A DNA stretch of 63,367 nt, filler included, from Asterionella formosa (lineage: Eukaryota): the NCBI GenBank assembly GCA_002256025.1. It is 6 parts of 6 records of this genome, joined end to end, with 100 filler letters (N's around TTAATTAATTAA, not from the genome) between each part and the next. Parts side by side here need not be neighbours in the genome. Positions count along the whole stretch, not along the records: positions 22,496 to 42,230 come from NKIB01003576.1; 5 more parts are not named here. One strand, given 5' to 3'. This document shows positions 26,201 to 38,225 of the stretch, one piece after another. The notes beneath the pieces are model-generated. The model saw only the letters and a list, made by a program, of their open reading frames with translations. It did not search any database and was not told where the DNA came from. Within the stretch, counting starts at the first letter, position 1. The number at the start of each line of letters is the position of its first letter. The position numbers and the translations under genes were made by a program.

Positions 26201-28058
26201 CCAAATGCAGAAACGAGCGACATAAAAAGGAATTGTACTCAGAATCATTCTATAACTATAGCTATGTGGACAGTAGTCTGTTACTCACATTTTCGTATCT
26301 CCTTCTATGCTGAATCTCAATAGTAGATGTAGCATCATGTGAGAATTAAAAATGTCAACGAGAACAAGTAGAATGTGTTTGTTTACAAGTTGATTGGCGA
26401 GATTGCAATGCTGGTGGTCGACGAAATGGATTCACAATGTGCGCTGTGTGCGGAACCATTACAAGTTCGAATGATTTCTTCTCTCCTGTAAACTCTTAAT
26501 TGAATGATTATGAACAAAGGTTCACTGCACATGACGATCACTCAAAGATATAATGATCACATGACCAACAATTGAAGACCTCGTTATCGCAAACAATCAT
26601 TCCTCTTGTCATCGCTAGTATTTTTTGTTGTTGCAAAAATCACAGTGATGACAGATGGAAATGACGAGCCAAACTACATTACTTCAGCTGGTACATTATC
26701 CTACCAAGAAATTCGAATACAGGAATCTAATAGAAACAATACATATAAAAATTAAATATTTGTAGTCAAAAGGGTTACTATTTAAATTACAAGGGCATTT
26801 ATCAAAATTATTAGATGATATAACGAAAAATTATGATCAGATGATCACAATCCTATGAATGCATCATGGAAACATGATAGTTTTTATTTGCAGACGATGG
26901 TATCATAACTATGATAGTATTATCATACTTCAACTTCAGTAAAATGTTAATAAATCATCATAGTTACAGGATACCTTGATCATAGTTTTGATCCAAAATT
27001 TATCACATATATGAAAATGTTTTGCCACTTAGCGTACGATACCCTTGATCATACCTGCATGACATTTTTTTGTTGCAGACTGTCCCTCACTACCCACCCA
27101 CTCCCATCAGATACAAGCTCTGACTGTTCATCCCCCCCCCCCCAAGATTTACTCCTCATCATTTTCCTGATCCTCATCATGAGCTGGGTCGCTGTAGCTG
27201 GTTCAACCCTTCAGATATCGAAACATATGATTTAAAATATGGTTGTCATAGTCTTCAAGATTGTTCCCGGAAGGCAAAGTCCGATCAGGGAGTAAAAATG
27301 GCGAACCAAATGCTAAGGCCTTCTTCCAATTCAGCAGGGCATGCTGATCCATCTTCTAAAGAGTTCGATCAGTAATTAAAGTTGACATTTTTTTCATTCC
27401 AGTGCCTGCAGGAGATCTTGTAGTGAATTGAGAGCCAACAACATGTCTGTTTTGATAATCACGGGAATAGCAATCTTTTAAGACCAAATCAAAGGCAGAA
27501 ACACGATCTGCATTTCTTTCTGGGATGTTGGTATTCAGCTCCTCTCTACTCCAAAGGTCTTCGAACTGACCCCTTCCCCTCAGCAGAGACTCCAAATATC
27601 CAATGCATCCTTTCACGGATGGATCGCCATGATAAAGTAGATATATTTTATTCTGAAGATTTTTGATCATCATTCTTGGCCCTCCTGATACTGGTGTGTA
27701 GTTGGATGACAACAAGACAGTAGCATCGCTCAAATTGCGGGAAAAACTAACTCATTCCCAAATAGGAATCATAATATTTCATTTATAAAAGTAGTCTAAT
27801 AGAAATATTTTACTTTTTTTTTAATGGTTTTGTCATCCTACGTCACAGTAGATGGGTGGTTGACAGCATTTAGGATTTCCCAAAAACCGATAGCATCGTT
27901 TTTGCGTCAGTTGACCAAAACCAATACCAATCCAAAAATAAGTTTTTGGGTTTTCGGGTCAACGGTTAGCAATGGCCTCAGAATTCATAGTAGGAAGCTC
28001 CCTGTTCCACGCCGCTTTTACAACCCTAGCGACATTTTCTCCGAACTAGGGTTAAGCC

Positions 28059-29240
28059 GTTGCTGCATTTGAAACCCTAAGCAAAAATTAAGAAATTGCT
28101 TAGGGTTGCCAAAAATCCCTGGAATTAAGTATTTAATTAGCTATTTTTGAATAATATGTACATAGATTCCTTGTCGAAATCGGTAAATATATATATTGAC
28201 ACTCTTAGTCGCTGTATGTATATATACGCTAAAAATACGATAAAAAAATATGCATAGACACTCTTTACTCCGATTAACGATTTTATATGATATGCATTGA
28301 ATCTGTTCCACATATATTTAAATAGTTTAATATATATATGTATATTTTTATAAATATTTAGATTCTACATCGCATCATGTGCAAACACCAGTACTACAAT
28401 CTATACTCCGATCGACGACTATTTGTCATGTATACGACCCGGCGGCTTGGCTAATATTTGAAAGTGCACTCAAGGAGCGGTACGCGTATGTTCAATGATG
28501 ATCATCAACTGGTACCCGTCGAGAATATAGAACCGGACTGTCAGTACACCGAAGAAAATATTACATGTTTATACAATGTGGCCGGCGTGGGTTGCAAGAC
28601 CTCGCAAACCAGGCCAATCAAACAGAGGAATAAAATTCACGTTTACCAATCATGTTATATATGTGGAAGCGGCAACTTACAATGGAATTTTTCGGTCAGG
28701 AGATTTTAGGACTAAAAATTCCGGCACACGACTACCATTCCGATGATGACGTTTCGGCACTTAATAGTTCTGATTCCGATATTTTGGCGACCGTAGAAAA
28801 GGCCGATTTTGTCGAGTTTTTGGACGACGATAGCTAATTGTTGGCTGGGTCTGACGGCGATTTAGATACATAGGTAACTTTCAAATAGCATCAGTATATA
28901 ACTTCTGGCGAGAAACTGCAGAAAGGAACTTCGTTTTTTTACTATGCCAAATAAACAGATTTCCCCCGAATTTTCTAGTCTTTTTAGCATAGTTAAAAAA
29001 CCGAAGTTCCTTTCTGCAGTTTCTGACCAGATCCTATATACTGACGATATATAGAGTGAACCTACATCCCTACTTTGTCCGCAGACTGTATTTAAGCATG
29101 TGGAAAGGGTGTCTATTGGTGAAAGCTCCTTTGAGCATTATACATTTTTGATTTCCATTTTGAAAGTATGTGTTTGATAAGTCTGACTCAATATTATTTC
29201 TTATACCCTACACGGAGCTACGGGTTCAAATGCAGCATCC
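28059..29240 (+). mobile_element. Non-autonomous TIR element A, copy 1 (Kolobok-like)
   Basis: GTTGCTGCATTTGAAACCC at the left end and GGGTTCAAATGCAGCATCC|TTAA at the right end. Colinear with 30232-31466. Contains an internal inverted repeat at 28905-29030. Confidence 0.85.
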
Positions 29241-29244
29241 TTAA

Positions 29245-29813
29245 GGTTGCGGCCCCGCAGTTACACATTGCGAGGTCCGTTTTTTCCCAAAATATTTTTA
29301 TGATGTACCTTAATCCACTCATTATGTACAAGTAAAGAAAATAGTTTTAGGTAAAATTAGCTTTCACCAATACGACCACATGGTAAGGGGTATGTTCTAT
29401 CTCCGGATATGGTAAGGACCTCATTTCTGGAAAGAAACTGCAGTTATGTATCGTAGAATCGTAACTATCGCAAAAATAAATAAAAAGGGGCTACGCAGCA
29501 TAGATTCAATAAAACGTGTTAACACGAACAATGAGCGTACATGTTGGTGTACTCCTGATTTATACATGTGTTTTTGCGTTGAGCAGAACAATGTCTACAT
29601 ACACCAATGTAGATAAAGTAATAACGTTTAAATATCATTTTTGTTTGTTGAAAATGGAACTCTATCAATCTGGCGCCGATTCCTATTTTATTCAAGTATT
29701 CAAAGAAGGGACTCTCGAATCATGGGAATTCATAGTAAGAAACTCCATGTTCCATGCCGTTTCTACAACCCTAGCGATATTTCTCCAAACTAGGGTAAAG
29801 CCGGGCCGCAACC
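29245..29813. mobile_element. Non-autonomous TIR element B (Kolobok-like), joined to the A copies through TTAA
   Basis: TTAA|GGTTGCGGCCC ... GGGCCGCAACC. Removing the nested solo LTR restores the right-hand TTAA. A remnant of B's right end also lies at ~27980-28058. Confidence 0.8.
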
Positions 29814-29814
29814 T

Positions 29815-30224
29815 TGTTGAAATGGTCTGTACTCCTTCCTGCGGGCTGGGTCTCTCTTCATGTAGACTCTTACGTGATCGTAGTACTACCTAGCACCACT
29901 TACTTTCTCTCTTGTCTCTGCTTCTAGCCTTCTTGCTAGATAGACTAATTGACCTTCCTGTCAATTAACACACTGTTTTCTCTCAGTTGATATTCTAAAA
30001 CTCAAATTAAAATATAAGCTAAACTAAATGTTTCCTTTCCATGCATCTTTGGTTCCTGCACAGTTGTTCTAAGACTCTCTTTAAGTTTCCACTTAACATT
30101 TCCATAGAAATCTTCAATCTTTGATCTCGTTAGACAGCTGATTGACGTGGCAATGCAATATTAGACTCGTTCGATTACAATCGAATCCACAATCCTTGTG
30201 ACTTGGGCTAATATTCTTGACACA
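29815..30224. mobile_element. Solo LTR inserted at the B/A junction
   Basis: TGTTG...ACA with ACCT duplicated at 29811-29814 and 30225-30228. Excision gives GCCGCAACC-TTAA-GGTTGCTGC. The exact end could be 30222 or 30224. Confidence 0.75.
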
Positions 30225-30231
30225 ACCTTAA

Positions 30232-31466
30232 GGTTGCTGCATTTGAACCCCTAGGCAAAAATTAAAATATTGCTTAGGGTTGCGAAAATTCCCTGAAATT
30301 AAGAATTTAATTAGCTATTTTTGAATGACGTGATTCCATTTGAAATATTTGAATCAGTGGAAATTTGCGAATACGTACATAGATTCCTTGTCAAAATCGC
30401 TAAATATATATATAAACACTCTTAGTCGCTGAATGTATATATATGCTAAAAATACGATCAACATGTATGCATGGACACTCTATACTCCCATTAACGATTT
30501 CATATGCTATTCATTGAATCCATTCGACATATTCAAATCGTTTAATATATATATATAAATTTAGATTCTACATCGCTTCATGTGCATACACCAGTACTGC
30601 AATCTATACTCCGATCGACGACTATGGGTCATGTATACAACCCGGCAGCTCGGCAAATATTTGAAAGTGCACTCAAGGAGCGGTACGCGTATGTCCAATG
30701 ATGATCGTCTACTGGTACCTGGTACCTGGTACCCTGGTACCCGTCGAGAATATAGAACCGGACTGTCAGTGCACCGAAGAAAATATTTCATGTTTATACA
30801 ATGTGGCCGGTGTGGGTTTGCAAGACCTCGCAAACCAGGCCAATCAAACAGAGGAATGCAATTCACGTTCACCAATCATATTATATATGTGGAAGCGGGT
30901 ACTTACAATGGAATTTTTTGGACAGGAGATTTTAGGACTAAAAATTCCGGCACACGACTACCATTCCGATGATGACGTTTTGACACATAATAATTCTGAT
31001 TCCGATATTTTGGTGACCGTAGAAAAGGCCGATTTTGTCGAGTTTTTGGACGACGATAGCTAATTGTTGGCTGGGTCTGACGGCGATTTAGATACATAGG
31101 TAACTTTCAAATAGCATCAGTATATAACTTCTGGCGAGAAACTGCAGAAAGGAACTTCGTTTTTTTACTATGCCAAATAAACAGATTTCCCCCGAATTTT
31201 CTAGTCTTTTTAGCATAGTTAAAAAACCGAAGTTCCTTTCTGCAGTTTCTGACCAGATCCTATATACCGACGATATATAGAGTGAACCTACATCCCTACT
31301 TTGTCGGAAGACTGTATGTAAGCATATGGAAAGGGTGTGTATTGGTGAAAGCTCCGTTGAGCGTTATACATATTTGATTTACATGTGGAGAGTATGTGTT
31401 TGATTAGTCTGACTCAATATTATTTCTTATACCCTACCTCGAGCTAGGGGTTCAAATGCAGCAACC
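30232..31466 (+). mobile_element. Non-autonomous TIR element A, copy 2 (Kolobok-like)
   Basis: Perfect TIRs GGTTGCTGCATTTGAACCCCTAG / CTAGGGGTTCAAATGCAGCAACC, flanked by TTAA and TGAA. Confidence 0.9.
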
Positions 31467-31779
31467 TGAAGATGCCGGTACTGGTACATATTTTGTATAC
31501 GAACAACGAGCAACACGTTTTTATTTTTGGTGTTGCGACCACGACGACGAAAATGTCAACAACACAAATGTTGGCACCACGGAAGCAACACGGAACCATC
31601 AATCACCCTATCCGGCACCTCGTACCAGCTACCAGTACCGGTACAAACATACGGCTAACATGATTTTATACTTACTCAGCGAATGCATTTGCATCTATGA
31701 TATCCATCTCCTATGCAGTACCGTTATAATGATTATTGATAACATTCATGTATTTTCATGTTCTAGGATCAGAATCCAG

Positions 31780-32004
31780 AAGATTCATGACAGGACCGCA
31801 CTGGCATGGAATGCCGCCAACTGTTCGTTCTCCGATGTCTATTCGTTTCTTCGAAAATTCAAAAAGATTCATTTCGACGATTTGCTGGATGGGTCAGAAG
31901 TTGTCAGAGGTTTTCAGAAGTACCCGTACCCTCAGGGCAGCGCGAATTGTTACTACCTGGCCAGTATCCTGTTACCGTAACGGAAATCGAATTCAGAAGA
32001 TTCG
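31780..32004 (-). promoter_or_regulatory. Three YGAATCTH (PSR-type phosphate-starvation) boxes upstream of the PiT gene
   Basis: AAGATTCA at 31780 and 31864, and AAGATTCG at 31997. These are reverse complements of YGAATCTH, the motif reported for Phaeodactylum PtPSR. Confidence 0.65.
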
Positions 32005-32247
32005 TATTTGCAGCGTTCTTGAAATATTGGATCCTGTAAAACAAAAATCAGGAATCTCCGTCTCAGCCATAGAAACATTTATGTATACGGGTACCTGGTA
32101 ATGGTACAACTGTTAAACGCGTGCCGGTATAAATATAGAGAACATCATAGCGAGGCAAAAAAGTACATGACATCCTGCCTTCAAGATTTATCACATAAAT
32201 TTCCTTTTCCTTTAGAGAACTTCAGGGAAAGTAACACGTGAAGCAAA

Positions 32248-33789
32248 ATGGCTGCCGCGCTCCCCGAGTACCTGTGGATGTGCATTGTCGGAGGTTTCTT
32301 CGGCTTTATCTACGCCTTCGGAATTGGAGCAAACGATGTTGCGAATGCATTCGCCTCCACTGTTGCCTCTGGCTCCCTTACGTTGAAACAGGCTGTCCTC
32401 GTCGCAAGTATCTTCGAGTTTTGCGGGGCGTTCTTCCTGGGTTCTACTGTGACGAATACTATCAGATCCAAGATCTTCTCCACTAAGCTCTACGCTAATG
32501 AACCGGAAGTTGTCATGTTGGGCATGATGACTTCGCTAATTGTTGCTTCTTTTATGTTGCTTCTCGCCACCTCCTGGGGTCTCCCTGTGTCGACCACCCA
32601 CACCATTGTCGGTACTATCATGGGTTTCTCCATTTGTGCCAAGGGTTTTGATTCTATCAATTGGACTGTTGCCAAACAAATCTTTATTTCCTGGGCTGTG
32701 TCCCCCTTGGTCTCGGGAGGTCTCGCCTTCCTCTTCTTTTTATTCGTCAAGTACGCCATCATGAAAAGTGAGCATGCGTTTGACAGAGCAGTCCTGTTGT
32801 TCCCCGTTGTCTTGACTTGCGGCATTGGAATCGACCTTTTCTTCATTCTCTTTAAGGGAATTTCAAACAAAAAGAAACTTGAGCTCAAGGTAGCCCTTCC
32901 AATCGCCTTTGGGGTGGGTGCCTTCTGTGGGCTTATTTGGCTACTTATCGTCGGGCCAATTGTGAAGAGAAGAATCTATGCCAAAATGGCTGAGGATGAA
33001 GCCCATGTTGACGCAGTTGATGTCGAGGATGGCGAAGCCAAGGTTATCGACGACCCCACCAAGGAGGGCGAAGAAGTCGATCAAGTTGATGTTGACGGTG
33101 AAGTTGACACTCCGAAACCCGATGAGGCAGTAGTTGATGGTGACGCCGTTGTGAGAAAAAGCTTGTCGCAGAGATTTGCTGATGCAACATACGGACAAGA
33201 TCTCAGGGCCCAATCCTATCATGAGAACAAGAGATCCGAGCAGCTTTGGGACAACGCTGAAAATTATGACATCCATGCCGAAGAGCTCTTCACCTATGTT
33301 CAAGTGTTCACTGCTTGCCTCAACTCCTTCGCGCATGGAGCTAACGATGTAGCTAACGCTATTGCCCCGATCAGTGCCATTGTCTACATCTACCAGACTG
33401 GTGCACTCAACTCCAAGTCTCCCGTGCAAAAGTGGATCCTTGCCTACGGTGGAATAGGTATTGTTGCGGGTTTGCTCCTGTACGGTTACATCATCATGAA
33501 AACCTTGGGATACAAAATGACTCCTTTGTCTCCTTCCCGCGGCTCTTGCGCTGAACTTGCTGCCTCTCTTTTCGTGGTGACTGCTTCGTTTTTGGGCATT
33601 CCTGTCTCTTCTACCCAAAGCATTGTCGGCGCCGTTGCTGGTGTTGGTCTTGTGAATGGCTTGAAAAATTTGCAATGGTTGGTTTTGCTCCGTATTTGCT
33701 TGGGCTGGGTTGGAGTCTTCTTCACTTCGGTTATTCTCTCTGCTGGCCTATTCTCGTTCGTTGCCTTCTCACCTACTCTCGTGAATTAG
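32248..33789 (+). CDS. PHO4: Inorganic phosphate transporter, PiT/PHO4/SLC20 family (513 aa)
   Basis: Two GANDVAN signature motifs, PVSTTH and PVSSTQ, SPSRG..AEL, many TM segments and an acidic central loop. Intronless. Confidence 0.97.
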   Translation: MAAALPEYLWMCIVGGFFGFIYAFGIGANDVANAFASTVASGSLTLKQAVLVASIFEFCGAFFLGSTVTNTIRSKIFSTKLYANEPEVVMLGMMTSLIVASFMLLLATSWGLPVSTTHTIVGTIMGFSICAKGFDSINWTVAKQIFISWAVSPLVSGGLAFLFFLFVKYAIMKSEHAFDRAVLLFPVVLTCGIGIDLFFILFKGISNKKKLELKVALPIAFGVGAFCGLIWLLIVGPIVKRRIYAKMAEDEAHVDAVDVEDGEAKVIDDPTKEGEEVDQVDVDGEVDTPKPDEAVVDGDAVVRKSLSQRFADATYGQDLRAQSYHENKRSEQLWDNAENYDIHAEELFTYVQVFTACLNSFAHGANDVANAIAPISAIVYIYQTGALNSKSPVQKWILAYGGIGIVAGLLLYGYIIMKTLGYKMTPLSPSRGSCAELAASLFVVTASFLGIPVSSTQSIVGAVAGVGLVNGLKNLQWLVLLRICLGWVGVFFTSVILSAGLFSFVAFSPTLVN

Positions 33790-36684
33790 TCGATTGAGCT
33801 GTAACAGGAAAAAGGCGATGTGTTAAGTTTACTTCCCGCCAATTCCATCAGTATACGTGTTTGTGAGACTCCTGGTCTAATTAGGTTATTTGAAAAATAA
33901 AGCCTTAATAGTGCAACTGGAAATTATACTCGGGAGTGCATTTTTCATGAAAATTGGAAGGAGTAGGGTAAAGTTACAATAGAGTACCGGTACGCAGCGA
34001 GTCCACCTCTAGAGTACCGGGAACCTTCTCTCTGCAGTAGAATAAAGATTCCCTGTAAAGTAATGATTGTCTGACAAGAGGAAATGTCTGTGTCGAATGA
34101 GTGGTGCGAGCATATCACGTCCAACCGAAGGATTTTTCCAGTTGCAATCAGGGACCAGTGGAAGGTTAAGAATTTTCAGCTGTAATCCATGCTTGTGCAC
34201 TGACATGTGTAATGGAGAGCGGAGCCATGTACCAGTAAGATAGTTGGTTGTGGCTGTTATGGTGTGCAGTAGCATAACCATGTATTATGTGGCTGGGAGA
34301 AGGATTGGCATTGACTGTGCTGTTCCTCCCTGAAGGTCAAGAAAAATTGGGATCAGTGGAGAGACAAAATTGGAAAAGAGGGGACCATGGTGCAGTTGCA
34401 AACTTCACCATTGGAGCATAATTTTGTAGTCTTACTTGACAGGGTTGCATTAGGCAAGATATGTAGTAAGGTATTTAGAACAGTTGTTGTAGTCCTGCAG
34501 ATGATTCCGGTTTTGGAAGTACCTAGTAGGAGTGTAGGACTGATGAGGGAAGTGGAAGCAACACTGTTCTTATGAAAGTAGTCAAAAGTATTAATTAGGA
34601 CATGCATGCAAGCATGGTTGGGGAACCTGGTGCTGCAGCAGGTGCCATTGTTGGCTTTGGAAGTTGGAAAGGATTTGAATTTGGCATGGTTCTCACTGGG
34701 GGTATCATTCAATCATTTGGCAAAAGTAAATGGTTGGCTGGGTACATAGCCACATATTAGTTGGTTTGGTGCCTGCAAAGGAGTGAGACAATCATGTTTC
34801 CACTGCAAAGTTTTTCGGTGTTTCCAGTATTGTTGGGAGCCATGACACAGAGTTGGTATGGAGGGTGGAGACACTTGAACCTGTTCACTGGTAAGAATCC
34901 CAAGTTTGCGTCGTTTTTCCTGCGGAGATTGTTGGATGTAGGTGTAGAGTGCACATCATTTCCTTTGTTAGGTGAAGCAAATTGCTTTTAAGGTGGTATA
35001 TGGAGCCAAGAACCCCAATTGTTGCTGGGGTGTTGCCAAAGGTGTGCTGTGCATGCTAGCCCACTTTCATGGTGCAAGTTTTGTTGATGACCTCCTGAGT
35101 AGTGGCCTAAACATAAATTCCTTCAAGTGCTGGTTGGGGATAGGAGCATTGCAAAATTAGACAGAAGTTTGAAGTAGTCTGCTGTTGTAGGTGATGGATG
35201 GAAGTTTACTCATTGGGCATTGGAGATTGCTACGACAGCATAGCTACTAGTGGTCCAGTGCAACAAGGCAAATAATGGAATAGGAAGGCAGAATCAATGT
35301 GCCTGTGGATCACCTGGAGCACAGCGTAAGTGTACTTTGAAGTTCTCGTGGACAATGAGAGTGTCCTGTTTTGACTTGACCTTTAAGCCGCACTGAGGGT
35401 GGGGTCCGTGTAAGGTGGTGGTGGTGGATGGGACTAACTGTCAACTGATGGGGACCATTGTTGATTGTTCTATGCCTGCCAGATGAAGTTTTTTTGTTTG
35501 ATTTTTGACATTTTTTCGTGTATGCGATAGGAGAGTTTGGTTTGGAAAGAGACAGAGGATTTTATCCTCTTTTGCAAGCAGTTCATTGGTGGGGGCTGCA
35601 AAGGCTACTATGGTATTATCTGTAGTTAGATGAATAAAGTGCTTGGAATTGTAGGGATTTTGAGATTCCTGGTTGAGGGGTCCAGGCCATATGGCTCGCC
35701 ATGAGCAGCAGATGGCTGGGTAGCTCTACAAAGGTAGGTAGGAGGCTCCATATCTGGGAAAGTGGGTGCGGGCCAGTGGCTGGAATGTTGTTTGGAGATT
35801 CCGTTGTATCTCACGGACCCAAGATTGTGGTAGGTATGTTGGCCCCCATGAGAAAATCAGCCATAAGATGCAGGTAGATGCAGGTGAACATGCCAAGGAA
35901 GGATTTGTCAAAATCTTGGGTGGATTATTGGTCGGTTTTTCGACCCCGTTGCTGAGGGTTCCTGTGATTGGTCCCCTGGTATGCAACCATTGGAGTTGCC
36001 AAGAGGCAGAGGGTGCTGGTGGGGGCCATCATGACGTATCCTGACCTCAGCTTTGTGCTCAATGTGAGATGGAGGCGGGCCATAATGTTGGCCTGCTGCT
36101 GATGAAGGTTGACGGGTTATTTACCTGGAGGCATCAACAACACAGGTACAGGTGGAGGTGGGGTAAATCATTCACTGTTAGACCTGCTGGTCACTGCACA
36201 GCAAAATCAGTCAAATTCACCTGTTCCTTCCTAAGGAAACGACTTTCGCCTACTTTGCGCGCCTCTGACAGCACATTTGTCAAATGAGTCTACAGACTAA
36301 CCTACACGCTGCTTCTGATCCTCCTCGTGTGCACCAAGCCTGTTTCGGGCACCTATGCTGCCGCTCTTCCACTTCATTTCCCTCCACCACCAGTGTCTCA
36401 TCCCAACGCTGCCCTTACAAATTCAAAGAATACAGAATCATCCAGAACCCCTCTCTCCACACTGCAAAAGAAACCCAAACCCGCAGAACCATTGGTTAGT
36501 GCATATTCCATGCACCATTCTCCAATCCCCAAATTTACCACCAGTCTCACTTCTCCTTCCCCTCGACTGACCCCTGCCTCTCCCGCTTATCATGTCCTGA
36601 TCATTTTATGGTCTGCACAGCTATCCGAAAAGAGGCATCTACCGCAGCCAGCCCCAATCCCTCTATTTTTCCGGCCACCAAAAA

Positions 36685-37590
36685 GTGAGTCAAAATTGAG
36701 ATGTGCCGCAATAAACTTCTCCTATTCGGAGCATCTACAAATAGTCTACAGCGATAACTCTAACAAGTACAATATAGAAAAAGAAGCAAAGGATGATTAG
36801 CTGTCACCGATTGAATTCGTAAATTCGTTTAGAAACAGCTGTTGCATATTTTAACATTCGATGCATGTTGCTTTAGTGAGTCAAAATTGAGATGTGCCGC
36901 AATGGCCTTCTCCGTTTCGGAGCATCTACAAATAGTCTACAGCAATAACTCTAACAAGTACAATATAGAAAAAGAAGCAAAGGATGAGTAGCTGTCAACG
37001 ATTGAATTTGTAAATTCGTTAAGAAACAGCTATTGCATATTATAACATTCAATGCATGTCACATGAGGGAGTCAAAATTGAGATGTGCTGCAGTGGCCGT
37101 CTCCTATTCGGAAAATCTACAAATAGTCTACAGCAATAACTCTAACAAGTACAATATAGAAAAAGAAGCAAAGGATGAGTAGCTGTCAATGATTGAATTC
37201 TTTAATTCGTTAAGAAACAGCTGTTGCATATAATAACATTCAATGCATGTTGCTGTAGTGAGTCAAAATTGAGATGAGCCGCAATGGCCATCTCCTATTT
37301 GGAGCATCTACAAATAGTCTACAGCGATAACTCTAACAGGTACAATATAGAAAAAGAAGCAAAGGATGAGTAGTTGTCAACGATTGAATTCGTAAAATTG
37401 TTTAGAAACAGCTGTTGCATATTTTAATATTCAACGCATGTCGCCGTAGTGCTTCGAAATTGAGATGTACCGCAATGGCCTTCTCCTTTCCGAAGCAGCT
37501 AGGAATAGTCTCAACTTGTAACTTTCGAAAGCACCATAATATAGAAAAACAAGAAAGAATGAGTAGCTGTCAACGATTGAATTAGTAAAT
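36685..37590 (+). repeat. Satellite 1: 191-bp unit, ~4.7 copies
   Basis: GAGTCAAAATTGAGATG recurs at 36687, 36878, 37069, 37260 and, diverged, at ~37451. Confidence 0.95.
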
Positions 37591-37676
37591 CAGTAATAAT
37601 AGTAATAATTTTGGTTCCTACTAGTTCATTTGCCCTTTGACAATGGTCAATTCGTCAAAATTGAAATACATTTTCA

Positions 37677-38120
37677 CTAAACTGGAGTGAAGTTCAATTG
37701 TCTTGCAACATCTTTCATTGACCGTTTGAAATACTCATATTCACTCCTAGTTTCATTTGCCACCTTGATTTTTTCATCTGTCATCTCCACTGATTCTTCG
37801 TCTAATTTGCTTTTCTTGAACCTGTAAAAGTCCCTGTGCAACTTTGCGTAGATCTTCTTCTTAGCCACTTTGTATTTCCTCTCACCCTTTGCTGCAACCT
37901 CCTCGAATTTTTTAATGTAGCTCTCATCATTCATCATCCCTTCTTTAATTTCATCTCCAAAAAGGTCTGGGGGTGCAATGTTCTGATCAATACAAGCCTT
38001 ATAAATTTCACTCTTTTTCTTCATCCGAAGCTCCACATACATCTTTTTCTTCGTCTCTTGGAAGTACCAATCTGTGGCACCCTTGACTTGGTCTAGGGGG
38101 AAGTGAATAATCACGTTCAA
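37677..38120 (-). pseudogene. Lys/Glu-rich ORF remnant, probably TE accessory sequence
   Basis: 147-codon ORF with a non-ATG start, on the same strand as and adjacent to the broken ORF at 38371-38730. Confidence 0.3.
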
Positions 38121-38225
38121 ACTCTTTGCAATCTTTGTACTACCAGTTGTTATCGTTTAAGTTTTTCCTGACTTGTGGAGTCAATCCACTGATGGAAGAT
38201 GCCGGAGTTGTGCTTACTGGAATAG

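Noticed and set aside
28458..31063. Duplicated small ORFs ending ...VEKADFVEFLDDDS
   Set aside because: They lie inside non-autonomous element A, the frames differ between copies, and there is no transposase motif.
34000..36680. Decayed minus-strand coding-like region
   Set aside because: Probably a TE relic, but I could not recognise any RT, integrase or transposase motif.
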